A stretch of 64,000 bases of DNA. Source: Sphaerodactylus townsendi (lineage: Eukaryota). The stretch is taken from assembly GCF_021028975.2 (NCBI RefSeq), contig NC_059436.1, positions 46,748,001 through 46,812,000 of the forward strand. Direction: 5' to 3'. Positions 11,553-22,889 of the stretch are shown piece by piece. A model generated the notes under the pieces. The model ran no database searches. It was not told the DNA's origin and worked only from the letters and a program-made list of their open reading frames with translations. Within the stretch, counting starts at the first letter, position 1. Every line of letters starts with the position of its first letter. The position numbers and the translations under genes are program-made.

Positions 11553-12093
11553 ATAATTCTTATTCCAATATCTGTATCACTCATAAGCATGTAGTCATTC
11601 AAATCATATTCATATCCATATATATATACTATTATGAAAACGTGATCAATCACATGTTATTCAGTCTCCAGAAGTACAACAGAAACATATAATAGTCCAA
11701 CAGTAATCTTCACATTGATCAATCTTGACCAGAACTGGCAAAAAGTAATCCAAAACTCATGTGTACAAACGACAAACTTCACTTAAATCCTCTGATGAAG
11801 TTGCATGAATGGCAATGAACAATAGAGTTCCTGTGACAGTGTCCATGGGCTGAAAGTAGGGACTTGAATCCATAAAGTAAGTTGAATCCACAAGCATGAT
11901 CATTGCAATCATCAACGGAATTGTGAGCACCGCGGCCACACAGCCCAGAAAGCCCAGCACAACCAGATGATCAAACCCTTCGGAGTGGTGCCAGCATCAC
12001 ATTTCTGACCATTCAGGCGACAAGCCCCCCAATGGAGCTCAGAACCCAGTGGTTTGAACACCCTGACCTCTTTCTCTTCCTCTTTTGTTCCAG

Positions 12094-12566
12094 TTCCCGC
12101 AGAGACAACCTACCACAGTCTGGAGGACGGCGTTGTGGAGTACTGCACGTCAGAGACCCCCACCACGGTCACGGCCGAGTCGCCCTTAGAGATGATGGCC
12201 CAGCAAGCCGAGGTCTCCATGAAGCCCCAGGAGCTGAAGAGCAGAATTGCCCTCAACTCAGCCAAGCTCTTGCAGGAGCAGCGGGTGACCAACCTGCACG
12301 TGAAGGAGATCGCCCATCACCTCGAGCAGCAGAACGACCTGCTGCAGATGATCCGCCGCTCTCAGGAGGTGCAAGCGTGCGCGCAGGAGCGGCAGGCCCA
12401 GGCCATGGAAGGGACGCAGGCTGCCCTGAGCGCCCTCATCCAGATCCTCCGCCCCATGATCAAGGACTTCCGGCGCTTCCTGCAGAGCAACACCCCAGCT
12501 CCTCCCGTGGCCGTGGACCCCGGCCAGGCAGCCCAAAACGGACAGCAGGACGGCATCATCCAGTGA
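12094..12566 (+). CDS. NAIF1: NAIF1 coding exon 2 (terminal); spliced CDS 981 nt, 326 aa
   Basis: Polypyrimidine tract plus CAG acceptor (12091-12093). The junction codon A+TT gives Ile, then [18 protein letters not shown]...[27 protein letters not shown]...[10 protein letters not shown], matching the human C-terminus. Confidence 0.97.
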
Positions 12567-12886
12567 AGGCAAGCCTTATCAGATGGACCTGGTGGAGAGG
12601 AACAACACCTCCGTGCCCATCCTTGCCAGTGCAGGCAAATGGGTTCATTGCCTGCCTCTGGAAACTGAAAGGATCATCCTGCATTTTTTAATAAGAAATG
12701 TTTGCATGATTTGTGGACGTGGCCCTTGACTGAGCACACACACAAAAAAGACTCTGCCTTTTTACAGAAGGTTTGGAAAGCAGGTTTTATATAAAAGGAG
12801 GAAGAAACGTAGCCTTTTTTTAAAACTGCGACGAATGATGACTTCGGGGATTTTACTGCTGATCGTTCGCGCAAGAGTCTCAGATC

Positions 12887-12892
12887 AATAAA
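12887..12892 (+). terminator. NAIF1: Candidate NAIF1 polyadenylation signal AATAAA
   Basis: First canonical AATAAA I found after the stop, ~320 nt downstream and just before repeat-derived sequence. Confidence 0.6.
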
Positions 12893-13079
12893 ATGCAGTT
12901 CTGGAGAGTCCCTTCTTTAGACCCTGCAGGCTGATTTAGCTGTCAGTAAGTGCATTTCTCACAGGCATTAAAGTCGTATTGTTCTCCTGGTGCCACAGCT
13001 TGGAAAGTACATTTCAAAAGGTTTGGCTGGAAGACCTCTCTTCAGCCCCTGGGCCACTGGCATCAAAAGCCTTACCATG

Positions 13080-14165
13080 TTCCTTGTTGCCTCCCATGTT
13101 TTTTACCATATACGTGCAACGGCTGGCAGAGATTAGCTGGGGATTTGGGATGAGCTGTCATGAGTAGCCAGACGATACTCAACTTTGTCTCTCCAACAAG
13201 ATCCCGGAAAGCTGCGGTTGAGTGTAACTAACATAGGTCAGCCATGAGGGACTGGATGAGGACAAACAAAGCGAAATTAAACCCAGACAAAAGGAAGGTT
13301 GTGTGGGTCAGAGGTAAAACTTCTCTGGAGATAGGTGTTCAGTTTCCCCTAAGTGGGACTGTAAAGGCTGCTGTCTGGAGGAGCAAGCTTGTAGTTGGGG
13401 TGTGCCCTTGGATCTGGGTAGTCAGGAGTGCATTTTTAAAAAGGTTGGTTCGCTAGTTTCAGCCTTTCCTGGAGAAGTCAGACTTGCTCTTGATCATATA
13501 TGCCACACAGGTATACTGTAGCACATAGGTGTCAAATTCGCGGCCCTCCAGATGTTATGGACTACAGTTCCCATCATCCCCTGCCAGCATCGTGCTTCCA
13601 GGGATGATGGGAACTGTAGTCCATAACATCTGGAGGGCCGCGAGTTTGACACCTGTGCTGTAGCACCTTCAACAAGGGACTGCTTTTGAAGATAGCTCAG
13701 GAGCTTCAACCAGTTCAGAACATGCAACCAGGCCGTTTATATCACTCCCATCTTGTATCAATTATGTTGCTTCTTGCGTGTTTCTGACCGATGCTTAAGG
13801 GCTTGGGTCTAAGGTATCGGGTGGACTGCCTCCAGCCCCGCATACCAGCTTGTGCTTTGCGGTAAGCTGAGCAAGTTTTATTGCAGGAAGGGCCTGTCAA
13901 AGAAATCTGGTCACAGAGGACCCGCATGAGGGCTTTTTCAGCAGGAATTCACTCCCCTTGCTTTGCAGACCGTACATTCTCCAGAGGGCTCGTAACTTCA
14001 GCAGAAAGCTTTTTTAATTCCAAATGGCCTTTTTGTAACAAAATCTGTTTGTTGTACTTGTACATTTTAAATAGCTGTGGACTATTTTAGCTATTTTATA
14101 TGGCTTTTGTTATGGTTATGGTGCCCTGAGTATTGTTAGAAATGTGGAATATAAATATCCAAATG
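13080..14165 (+). mobile_element. Old decayed L2 LINE fragment
   Basis: MRDWMRTNKAKLNPDK and ADDTQL-like remnants. Confidence 0.65.
13524..13657. mobile_element. Palindromic hAT MITE, CAYAGGTGTCAAA TIR type, inside a decayed L2
   Basis: Perfect 8-bp TSD CTGTAGCA. Confidence 0.9.
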
Positions 14166-14582
14166 AATACAAAACTTCTTTTCTAAACAAGTCCCTCTAT
14201 CAGCATCCAAAGCCAGATTATTTGTTGGAAACGTTGTGTCCCTGCAGTCGCAACCGAAAATTTACAGTCCAGAATACGTTTTTTTTTTTAAATAAACCAC
14301 TGCCATAATATTTAGGAAAACAGCACCATCAAATGTCAACACTAAATCTACATCAGATAATAATGGGGAGCCATAGGACAAGGAGAAGAGTACTAAAATG
14401 GATCATACATCTATAGTGAAAGGTAAGTAAAAGAACCCAGAACAGTGGTTAAACTGTCCCTCCTGGGCACCTAAAATTGCTAAAAACAGACACCGGGCAA
14501 ATGGCTACAGGAGGGAATTCCATGGTGCCACTACTGAGAAGAACCCATCATTGGTACCTACTAATCTTGCCTCAGTCTAGAG

Positions 14583-14648
14583 CAGGGCAGGGGCTGATGG
14601 GAACTGTAGTCCATGAACATCTAAAGCACCATAGGTTGGCCACCCCTA
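14583..14648. mobile_element. hAT MITE with left arm deleted
   Basis: Perfect 8-bp TSD GTCTAGAG retained on both sides. Confidence 0.8.
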
Positions 14649-16922
14649 GTCTAGAGGAAGGTGTCTGAGAGCAGACTACAGTTACAGTTACTCGATCCTC
14701 CTTGATCTGAGATTGCAAATGCCTTAGCAGACCTGGTGCTCGGGAGCAGCAGCAGCAGAAGGCCCTTGCTTTCACATCCTGCAAGTGCGCTCCCAAAGGC
14801 ATCTGGTGGGCCGCTGCGAGTGCTGGACTAGATGGACTCTGGTCTGGGCGAGAAAGCACCATGCTGCAATGTTTTAGAAAATATCTAGTTTTTAGATTTT
14901 TCTGCAAACCTGGGGGGACCTCAAGTTTGCAAGATTTTCCTGCTCTCTGTCTAGTCACAATCCACCGAATGAGGTAAAGTTAGCTATTGGTTATCGTTGG
15001 AACAGGAGAACTTTCCACTGTCTCTTAACCTCGGACTTCAGAAGGGGACTTGACTAGAGAGTCCAAGGATATTTGTTTGAATAGATAAAAGGCTCTGAGT
15101 AACTTTGTTCTTGGCAGACACACAGACTCAATGGGCTTTGCTGGGCACAACAGACTTTACACACTCTGCTGCATTGCCAGATTTTTACATATATATGGGG
15201 GGGAAATCCTAGCAAGAAGTGCAAGAAGTATGTTCTGTTTTGACAGGGAGAATCAAAACCTAATTCAAATTACCTCATTTTTCTTTCACAGGAAGGGGAT
15301 ACTTAGCTAAGTGGGATCTATGCAAATGTGGGCGGGTGCGTGGCTGTCTCCTTCCCTCGCACTTGTGGACCTATAGATGAAATCAAGAGCTGCAATGCTG
15401 GCTGGGCTGTTATCTCATCCATGCTAGACGGAGTGAGGCCGGACCCTTAAACATTATTCCTTCCCACGAGCACGTGACTGAGGTAGTGCAAAAATGCTGT
15501 ACAGCTGCATTTTAAAAACCCTTATTAAATGAGCAATTAAGTCTAAATAAAACAAGCCACCAACCACAACAACCGGAACTACTTTCGAGCAATCTCCAGG
15601 AATCGCACGGAATGGGATGGAGATGCAGAATGGACCACTCCATCCTGTAGGATATTTGGGGCGATTTCATTTCCGTCCGTCAGGTGGCGCTGCATAACCA
15701 GGAAGGGTAGGGAACAATTTTATTCGCCGCCACGTGGCTGATCTAACGTGGCTGGTAAAGGTCAAAGTAGCTGTGACAGCGGAACCCGGGGACTGATCTC
15801 TTGCTTCCCAAACCCTTCCAGTATGGATTTGGAGGGGATAGTAGGATTTCAGACTTGTTTTTAGTGACAGGAGAGCAATCGGATTGCTAACACTGGATGA
15901 GGAAATGGCGTATATTTATAATAGCCACTACAATGAAAGAATCTGCTTTCCCCCTGATATTTGCTGAGTTGGTTTAGTCTCATGGGGTGGAGTCCCTACT
16001 TTGTTGGTTCTGTTGGTTATAGGGAAGCCGGCTTGAGCTTTACAGTGCTGTGTTCAGCCGGTCAGTTCCCTATATCTCCTTGTAGCTGAGGTAAATAAAA
16101 AAAAATATGTACGTGCCTCCATGCAAAGGCATGACAGCAACCTGCATTGTTTCCGTGGGCTCCACTCGCTGCCTGCATGGATGCAGGTGAACGCGAAAAC
16201 AGGCGAGCGGGTTCCTTTATCCCAACTGCAACCCGCTGTACATTTGCTGTGCGGAAAGGACCTTACAGGCACAATAGTGGGAGGCCTTGGGAGCCAGACA
16301 AAACATGGTTTGAGGCTGTGAATGCAGCTGCCGCCTTCTGCAAAGGAAAAGGGGATTATCTAATCACTGTCTGACCTTCCTTGCAAGGTTGTTGTGAACA
16401 TAACATTTCCTTTGAGAGAAGGTGGAATAAAATGCAAGGAATTAAATGGGGAGACGTATGGAGCAATGCACAGAAAGAGTTATTCGGTTATTGATGCCAA
16501 TGTATGGGCAACGTGAGGGGGAAGGTTAGAGGGAACCTTTGTTAAGGGACCACTTAGCAGCAACAGGGAAAAGCTTTACCATCTATGTCCCCACTTGTGG
16601 GCTTTCTGGAGCATCTAGTAAGCCACTGTGAGAAACAGGAGGCTGAACTAGATGGGCATCACTTACATCCTGTCAGGATGCTTAAGGGGTTCTGAGGCTG
16701 CTTGCTGCATTGGGCGTTGGGGGGATGGGTAGTTCGTATTGTGTTACTGTTTCTTGCCTGGTTCTACCACCAGGAGCTGGCCAAGGTCAGCTCCAATGGA
16801 CTTCTACTCTTATCAAACTGTCTACATATTTTGTGCCTGTTCCCATGTCTGTTCTCATAGGTAGATCTTCAGTTGGGGGATGGATCTTTTGTCGCAGAGT
16901 TGAGTTTACGCTAGAGGAAGCC

Positions 16923-17390
16923 TGTTACAGAGGCCAGCAAGGTGCGGCTAAGCACTGGCTGAGCACAGCTGAAAGTTTTACTGTGAGGAAAAACTTTATC
17001 AACAGTGCAGATATTTACAGTGCATACAGGAACTCAAACAGCAAACAGGCAGCATGCCGTGCAGCAATAGGCAATCCCTAAGAGCTAGTACTAGTAAGCA
17101 AGCACTTTTTTTATATAACAAGTAACCAATCATAATGAAGAACAGCTGACTGGTTTCAGCTGGTTCTGACAAGGTGCTGGGAGGAGCAGCTGTCAGATTA
17201 GATCAGTTTGATCTACTTGTCTGCTCTCAAGATGTGTACAGGTATTTTGGATACTGTAACATCTTTGTGCTTTGGATTTAGGCTACTGTTTAAGCGGGAA
17301 AAAGTCAATTCTGGCTTTCCCCCTCCTGTCCTCCAGATGAATAAACCTTAGTTCTCTACAAGGTGTTGTTTCTTTATTGAGGATCTTACA
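16923..17390 (+). mobile_element. Candidate solo LTR
   Basis: TGTTA...TTACA termini; AATAAA ~50 nt before the end; no clean TSD. Confidence 0.4.
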
Positions 17391-18260
17391 CACCCTTAAG
17401 AAGCTGAGATCGGTATCAGATCCCTTTTAGTCAGCAACTGAGCCCTCTAATTTTCCTCTGCTAAGACTTTCTATGAAGTATGTGACAGACGCGAAAATGT
17501 TGTTAAAACTCCAGGTCCTTGCTGGCACCTGTTATGATGAATGGTAAGATCTGATCTCAGAAGAACACCAGGAGTCCATACTGGGAACAGTTACTGCGAG
17601 TCAGTCGTAATTCTCATTGCGTACGCTTCAGTTCCACCAGGTACGAACTGATCTTTAAAGCAATGGCAGCCAGGTGAACCGGTCTGAATTCCTTTAAGAC
17701 CAGTTTAAACCAGCTTGGATGAAGTTTGTTCATGATTGTGCCTTCCACAGTCTACTGAAACTAAGGAAGGATTTTTCTACTAGGTATTTAGCATGCTTTT
17801 TTAAAAAATCCAAAAGTATTGAGATTTTAAAAGTGACCTCAGGACTATATGTTTTTTTAATATACTTGTGTAAAAGAATTAATTGACACAGGACTGATAT
17901 TGCTTCTTTTCGCCAGTAAAGATTCAATAAAGATTCGCTTTCTTTCTCTGCCCTTTGTTGGTTCTTTCTTTCTGTGACCTCTGGTTGCTGCTCAAACTCC
18001 CTCTACACAGAAAAGTATTAGTAAGAAGACAAAGTTTGTTGTTTTCTCCTTGATGTGCTAGATTTCTATAGGCATGAAATTTTGTGTGTAGAAGCATTCC
18101 ATCAGATGAGCTCTCATCTCTCCCCTGCTTCAATTCTTTTTTCCTTTTCTGCATGTGTTTTCCTCCCTCTAGTGGTCAATTCGATATTACATTGGTTTAT
18201 GTCCAGCGTATCTTCCAGCACATTTAAACTGCAGACATAAAGCAAAAACAATGTTGAATA

Positions 18261-18459
18261 ACTGGGATGCTGTGTGGTTTCCAGGCTGTATGGCCGTGTT
18301 CTAGCAGCATTCTCTCCTGAAATTTCACCTGCATCTGTGGCTGAAGATGCCAGCCACAGATGCAGGCGAAACGTCAGGAGAAAATGCTGCTAGAACACGG
18401 CCATACAGCCCGGAAACCACACAGCACCCCAGTGATTCCGGCCGTGAAAGCCTTTAACA
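18261..18459. mobile_element. Penelope-like inverted remnant (subfamily A); hammerhead core on + strand at 18341-18379
   Basis: Inverted arms fused by a central deletion that removed the 5' strand of stem I. Approximate TSD TGTTGAATA/TATTGAATA. Confidence 0.75.
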
Positions 18460-19071
18460 GTATTGAATATATCACTAGATGGAGCAAAACACATCCAGAA
18501 CAACTTCCCCCTCCGAGCAACAAGAACTCATAAGCGAGTAAAATGAGAATGCAGAAAAGCCCAGTCAGTGGCCCCCTACAAACATTTTACTGGGAGCAAA
18601 TCTGATAGAACACAGTTTATTAGGATCCTCAGCAAACCTGCTTAGGATAAGCCTTTATTCAGAAGATGCAAATTTAGCCATCCTGATAACAGGAAACTGA
18701 ATTAATGCAGCCCAACAAGCAGATCAAAAGGCTGTTTTTCATTTAAGCTGAAAAGCTACATGCTTAGAGTCCCTGGCTATCATAGAATAATGCCACCAAA
18801 TGGGAAAATAGTGTCTTGTGTTGTTTCCATGGGTTCTTCAGCGTGTGTGTTCCAAGAGACAGGGTTTTGTCTGGTTTCTTCCATCCTAAAGCACTCACTG
18901 CCATAACTTGGATGGCCCCAAGTTATACCAAGTTATATGTTTGGGATAAAGATGAGCGCTGGATGGAAGATCAGTCTGTGGCTCCTTCATGGACCTTCTT
19001 GTAGTTGAGTGCTCTGGTGGGTCCTAGTGATGATGTTTGATGTTTGGGGAGAGTTGGAGGGGGCTTGGGAG

Positions 19072-19463
19072 CAAAGGTGGGATCCAGCAGGTTCTCGCAG
19101 GTCCCCTAGAGTAGGTTACTAATTATTTGTGTGTGCCGAGAGGGGGTTACTAATTGGTGATTTTGCCATGTGATTTTTGCCTTAGTTACGCCCCTCCTCT
19201 CAGCAGTAGCGCGCAGAACTTGAAGCAGTCTAGCAGGAGGTGCACCGGCGTGCGTGGCACCCTGCGCCTGCGTGCATTTGTTTCCCGCCCAAGGACCGGC
19301 GCAGCGGCTGCGTCCTTGCCACAGCCCCGCCCAGGAATGCCCCGCCCCAGGAATGCCTGGCCCCACCCCCGTTGTGCCCCGCCCAGCCCCATTGGCGCTA
19401 CGCCACAGTTTGAATCCCACCACCATGGGAACCTGTTACTAAAATTTTTGGATCCCACCACTG
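19072..19463 (+). mobile_element. ~370-390 bp GC-rich non-autonomous hAT element (CAGWGGTGGGATCC TIR)
   Basis: Highly similar to copies at 20563-20929 (inverted) and 44403-44774. No clean TSD at this copy. Confidence 0.82.
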
Positions 19464-19466
19464 GTA

Positions 19467-19626
19467 TAGCCTGATCTTGTCAGATCACAGAAGAGAAGCA
19501 GGGTCGATCCTGGTTAGTATTTGGGTGGGCAATCGCCAGGGTTGTGATGCAGAGGCAGGCAACGGCAAACTGTCCCTGAATGTCTTTGGCCTTGAAAACC
19601 GCATGGGGTCATGTGACTTGATAGCA
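19467..19626 (+). mobile_element. 5S rRNA-derived SINE with RTE-type tail (5S-Sauria-like)
   Basis: GCCTGATCTTGTCAGATCACAGAAGAGAAGCAGGGTCGATCCTGGTTAGTATTTGGGTGGG resembles the 5S rRNA internal control region; the tail is shared with 408-497 and 49342-49546. Confidence 0.7.
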
Positions 19627-20562
19627 TGCGCACAAACACACACACACACAAACACACAAAGGTGCTCATTCCTGGCTCTAAGGCCCAAACCACAGCTACT
19701 GCAGAGAATTATTTCATTAAAAAGCTCCGAGAAGGGGGCTTCCCAGAAAGGTAACAAAAGGTGATTGCATCTGAGTGGACACAAGTTCTCGCAGGGTGGA
19801 GGTTTCACCCATTGCCTGAGTCAGGTTGGGAGGAGACATTCAGAGTCTGCAAAAGCAATCACGCCTGCCTGGTTGCTTGATAGTAATTGGATTGTGTATT
19901 CCAGAAGACTTGACTTTGCTGATAAAATCACACTGATAGATCTAGGTTTTGCAAGCCCCTCTGGCAATGGATAGACATGCAGATGTTCCGTCGGTGAGGG
20001 AATCAGTCTCCCACCCAAAGTTTTTGACAGACAGCCTTGATGGTGCCTTCTCCAAAGCGTAGCATTGCCACCTCCTGAAACGGTTGTCAAAGTGAATTTA
20101 GCCAACATGGAATCAGACAGCAGACATCTGAGAGAGGGGGACCCTAGTAACAGCCATACGAGAAAGCACACATCTGAGATGACCCATCTGAGAAAGGGGG
20201 ACCCTAGTAACAGCCATGGACCACTGAGCTTTTTGTTTACTTGGCAATTGAATATCATCAGATCGATCAATGTAACAATATGTGAGTCTTGTATTCTGAA
20301 TTCCCAGCTTCCTTTTAAAAAAAAAATCTCTATCCCAAGGATCTTAAACCTTTTTCAGGGTGGTGGGCAAGACCCCAAAATGGCCACCACAGGAGATGAA
20401 CACAAACCCAAAATGGCTGCCGTAGAAAGTGAAGCCAAATGCAGCATCTTCCTCTGCACTTTGCAAAAGTTTTGCTTGCCATCAGGATTTTTAGCTCTGG
20501 TTGCGAAATTTCTGTGATTTGTGAGAGGAATCTGGGGGGGGGGGGGGGAAGGACCTCAGCAG

Positions 20563-20929
20563 CAGTGATGGGATCCAAAAATTTTAGTAACAGGTTCCCA
20601 TGGGGGTGGGATTCAAACAGTGGCGTAGCACCAATGGGGCTGGACGGGGCATGACGGGGGCGTGGCCGGGCATTCCGGGGGCGGGGCTGTGGCAAGGACA
20701 CAGCCGCTGCGCCAGTCCTTGGGCGGGAAACAAATGCGCGCAGGCTGCCACGCACCTCCTGCTAGACTGCTCCAAGTTCTGCACGCTACTGCTGAGGAGC
20801 GGAGGAGGGGCGTAACTAAGACAAAAATCACGTGGCAAAATCACTAATTAGTAACCCCCTCTCGGCACACACAAATAATTAGTAACCTACTCTCGGGAAC
20901 CTGTGAGAACCTGCTGGATCCCACCTCTG
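20563..20929 (-). mobile_element. Non-autonomous hAT element, same family as 19072-19463
   Basis: Perfect TSD CTCAGCAG. Confidence 0.88.
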
Positions 20930-21488
20930 CTCAGCAGCCCTTTTTCTACACACAGTGGAACTGACCTCAGTAGTTGAGCACTAGAATTCTGGGAGATCTC
21001 CAGGTGTTACCCTCAAGGTGGCAACCCTACGTGTCAACCATGGTGAACACAGGAAGCTGCCTGGTTCAGAGTCAAGCCATTGACTAATATGACCTGTTGG
21101 ACTTTGCATTATCACTCTGAGTGGGCACACAGTCCTCCTCCATTGGGAAGACCGCAAGCTCGGGAAAGGCGTAAAGTTGGGTGGTATAGGGAATGGGAAA
21201 TGGGACTGCACAGTCATTAAGGAAAGCCTGAATGCTTAGCAGTCCTCCCTATAATGCCGTAGCTGTTCCTAGTATTTCAGCTGAGGAGAACCTGTACATT
21301 TAAATGAAGGCAGCAAACAAAACCCACACCTTACATCAGCCCCACACACTTTCTGACTAGCGTGGGGTGTGCCAGAAGAAGTACTAGTGGGCATCATGGG
21401 AAGTACCTGTGGGTACCATGTTGGTGACATCTGCTCTAGCCCCTCAGTTGCCTGTCCCCTTGTATCTCTGTAAATAAAGGAGCTAGAG

Positions 21489-21636
21489 CAGGGGTAGGGA
21501 CCCTGCGGCTCTCCAGATGTTCAGGAACTACAATTCCCAGCAGCCCCTGTCAGCATGGCCAATTGGCCATGCTGGCAGGGGCTGATGGGAATTGTAGTTC
21601 CTGAACATCTGGAGAGCCGCAGGTTCCCTACCCCTG
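21489..21636. mobile_element. Palindromic hAT MITE, CAGGGGTAGGGAACC TIR type
   Basis: Near-perfect 148-bp palindrome; TSD AGCTAGAG/AGCTGGAG. Confidence 0.9.
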
Positions 21637-21688
21637 AGCTGGAGACTTAAGTGTTACCCTTACACATGTTGTGTTATATGGATATAAC

Positions 21689-21991
21689 CGGTGATGGGAT
21701 TCAGCAGGTTGGCACCACTTCAGCAGAAACAGTTGTTAAAATGTATTGTCAAAGGCTTTCACGGCCGGATTCAACTGGTTCTGGCGGGTTTTCCGGGCTG
21801 TGTGGCCGTGGTCTGGTGGATCTTGTTCCTAATGTTTCGCCTGCGTCTGTGGCTGGCATCTTCTCTGATACACCTCTGAAGATGCCCGCCACAGATGCAG
21901 GCGAAACGTTAGGAACAAGATCCACCAGAACCAGTTGTTAAAATGGTGCTTGTAAACAACCAGTTGTTAAATTATTTGAATCCCACCACTG
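21689..21991 (+). mobile_element. Short hAT MITE (CAGTGGTGGGATTCA TIR) interrupted by a Penelope-like insert
   Basis: TSD GATATAAC/GATGTAAC; uninterrupted paralog at 38622-38757. Confidence 0.85.
21746..21929. mobile_element. Penelope-like inverted remnant (subfamily B) nested in a hAT MITE; hammerhead on + strand at 21873-21913
   Basis: CCT-CTGAAGA-TGCC...GGC-GAAACGTT-AGG. Flanked by duplicated CAGTTGTTAAAATG (21730-21743 / 21932-21945). Confidence 0.8.
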
Positions 21992-22889
21992 GATGTAACA
22001 ATATTTAATTGCTGATTTAAAAGCAAAAAGCACCTTCCCCTGCTGAAAGAGACAGAAACAGTCTTGGGGACAGGGGCTCTAAACCCAAACTTGCCACCCC
22101 CAAGGCAACCATTACTGGGATCTTTCCCAAAACTTTGCAACAAAGCACGTTTGAAAGAGACTGGAGCAAAACTGAGGAAACTCCAGGAGGTGCAGGAATG
22201 CACCATCATGTTGTAGGAAAGGAGGGGGGAAATTGCTTCTCAGCATCTTAGAACACGGGGTGACTATGCAGTGAAAACAGCAGGACTGCAGCCCCATGGT
22301 TCTGCATGCCGGACACTAATATGGCACTATTTTTACTGAACGAATGGCTCTCTGAAGGAGGAAAGCGAAATTATGAGCACATAAAATGATTGTTATCCTA
22401 GATTGCTCTTTAAATGCTGTTGTTGATCACGTACACATATGTATGCAAAGTACCAGCAAGACGGGCTTCAGTACTGCACGGTGGTCATCCTAGATCTTGC
22501 TTGCCTGCCTTTTGCAAAGCACGACGTAGAGCGGTGGGAATTAAACATTGTTAAATTACAGTGTGTTCAGCAATTCCCCGGGCTCTTAACCCAGCCTGTT
22601 TATTTATATCAGTCACATTGTCCAGTTTATTATAAAGCAAACACTCAGGCTTTTACCCAAAAAAATTTCTTTTGTACAAGTCATAGGGTAAATATGCGTG
22701 CAAAGGGCAAGATTTATGATCCCAGTCAACTTTAACACTCATTCCTGGTTGCTATAAACATCAGGGTAAAGTCCAGAGGGGAAGTCAAGAGAAATAATCA
22801 TAAAAGATATCCATAACGTCAGTGTCGTAGTATTTAGGAAAACACTGGGGTTTTTTTCCAAGCGAAGGAAGTGAATTGTTCAAAAGCAT

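Noticed and set aside
11785-11830. CTGATGA hammerhead-like start in the NAIF1 intron
   Set aside because: No GAAA box in the right place (it reads TGAAC), so it cannot be supported.
12032-12691. 219-aa alternative-frame ORF over NAIF1 exon 2
   Set aside because: Shadow frame of a GC-rich exon; it starts in the intron.
15320-15560. snRNA-type promoter (octamer plus GC box)
   Set aside because: No recognisable PSE or snRNA sequence at the expected distance on either strand.
19467-19540. 5S rRNA gene
   Set aside because: Partial, diverged and fused to a retroposon tail, so a SINE head. The same applies at 49342.
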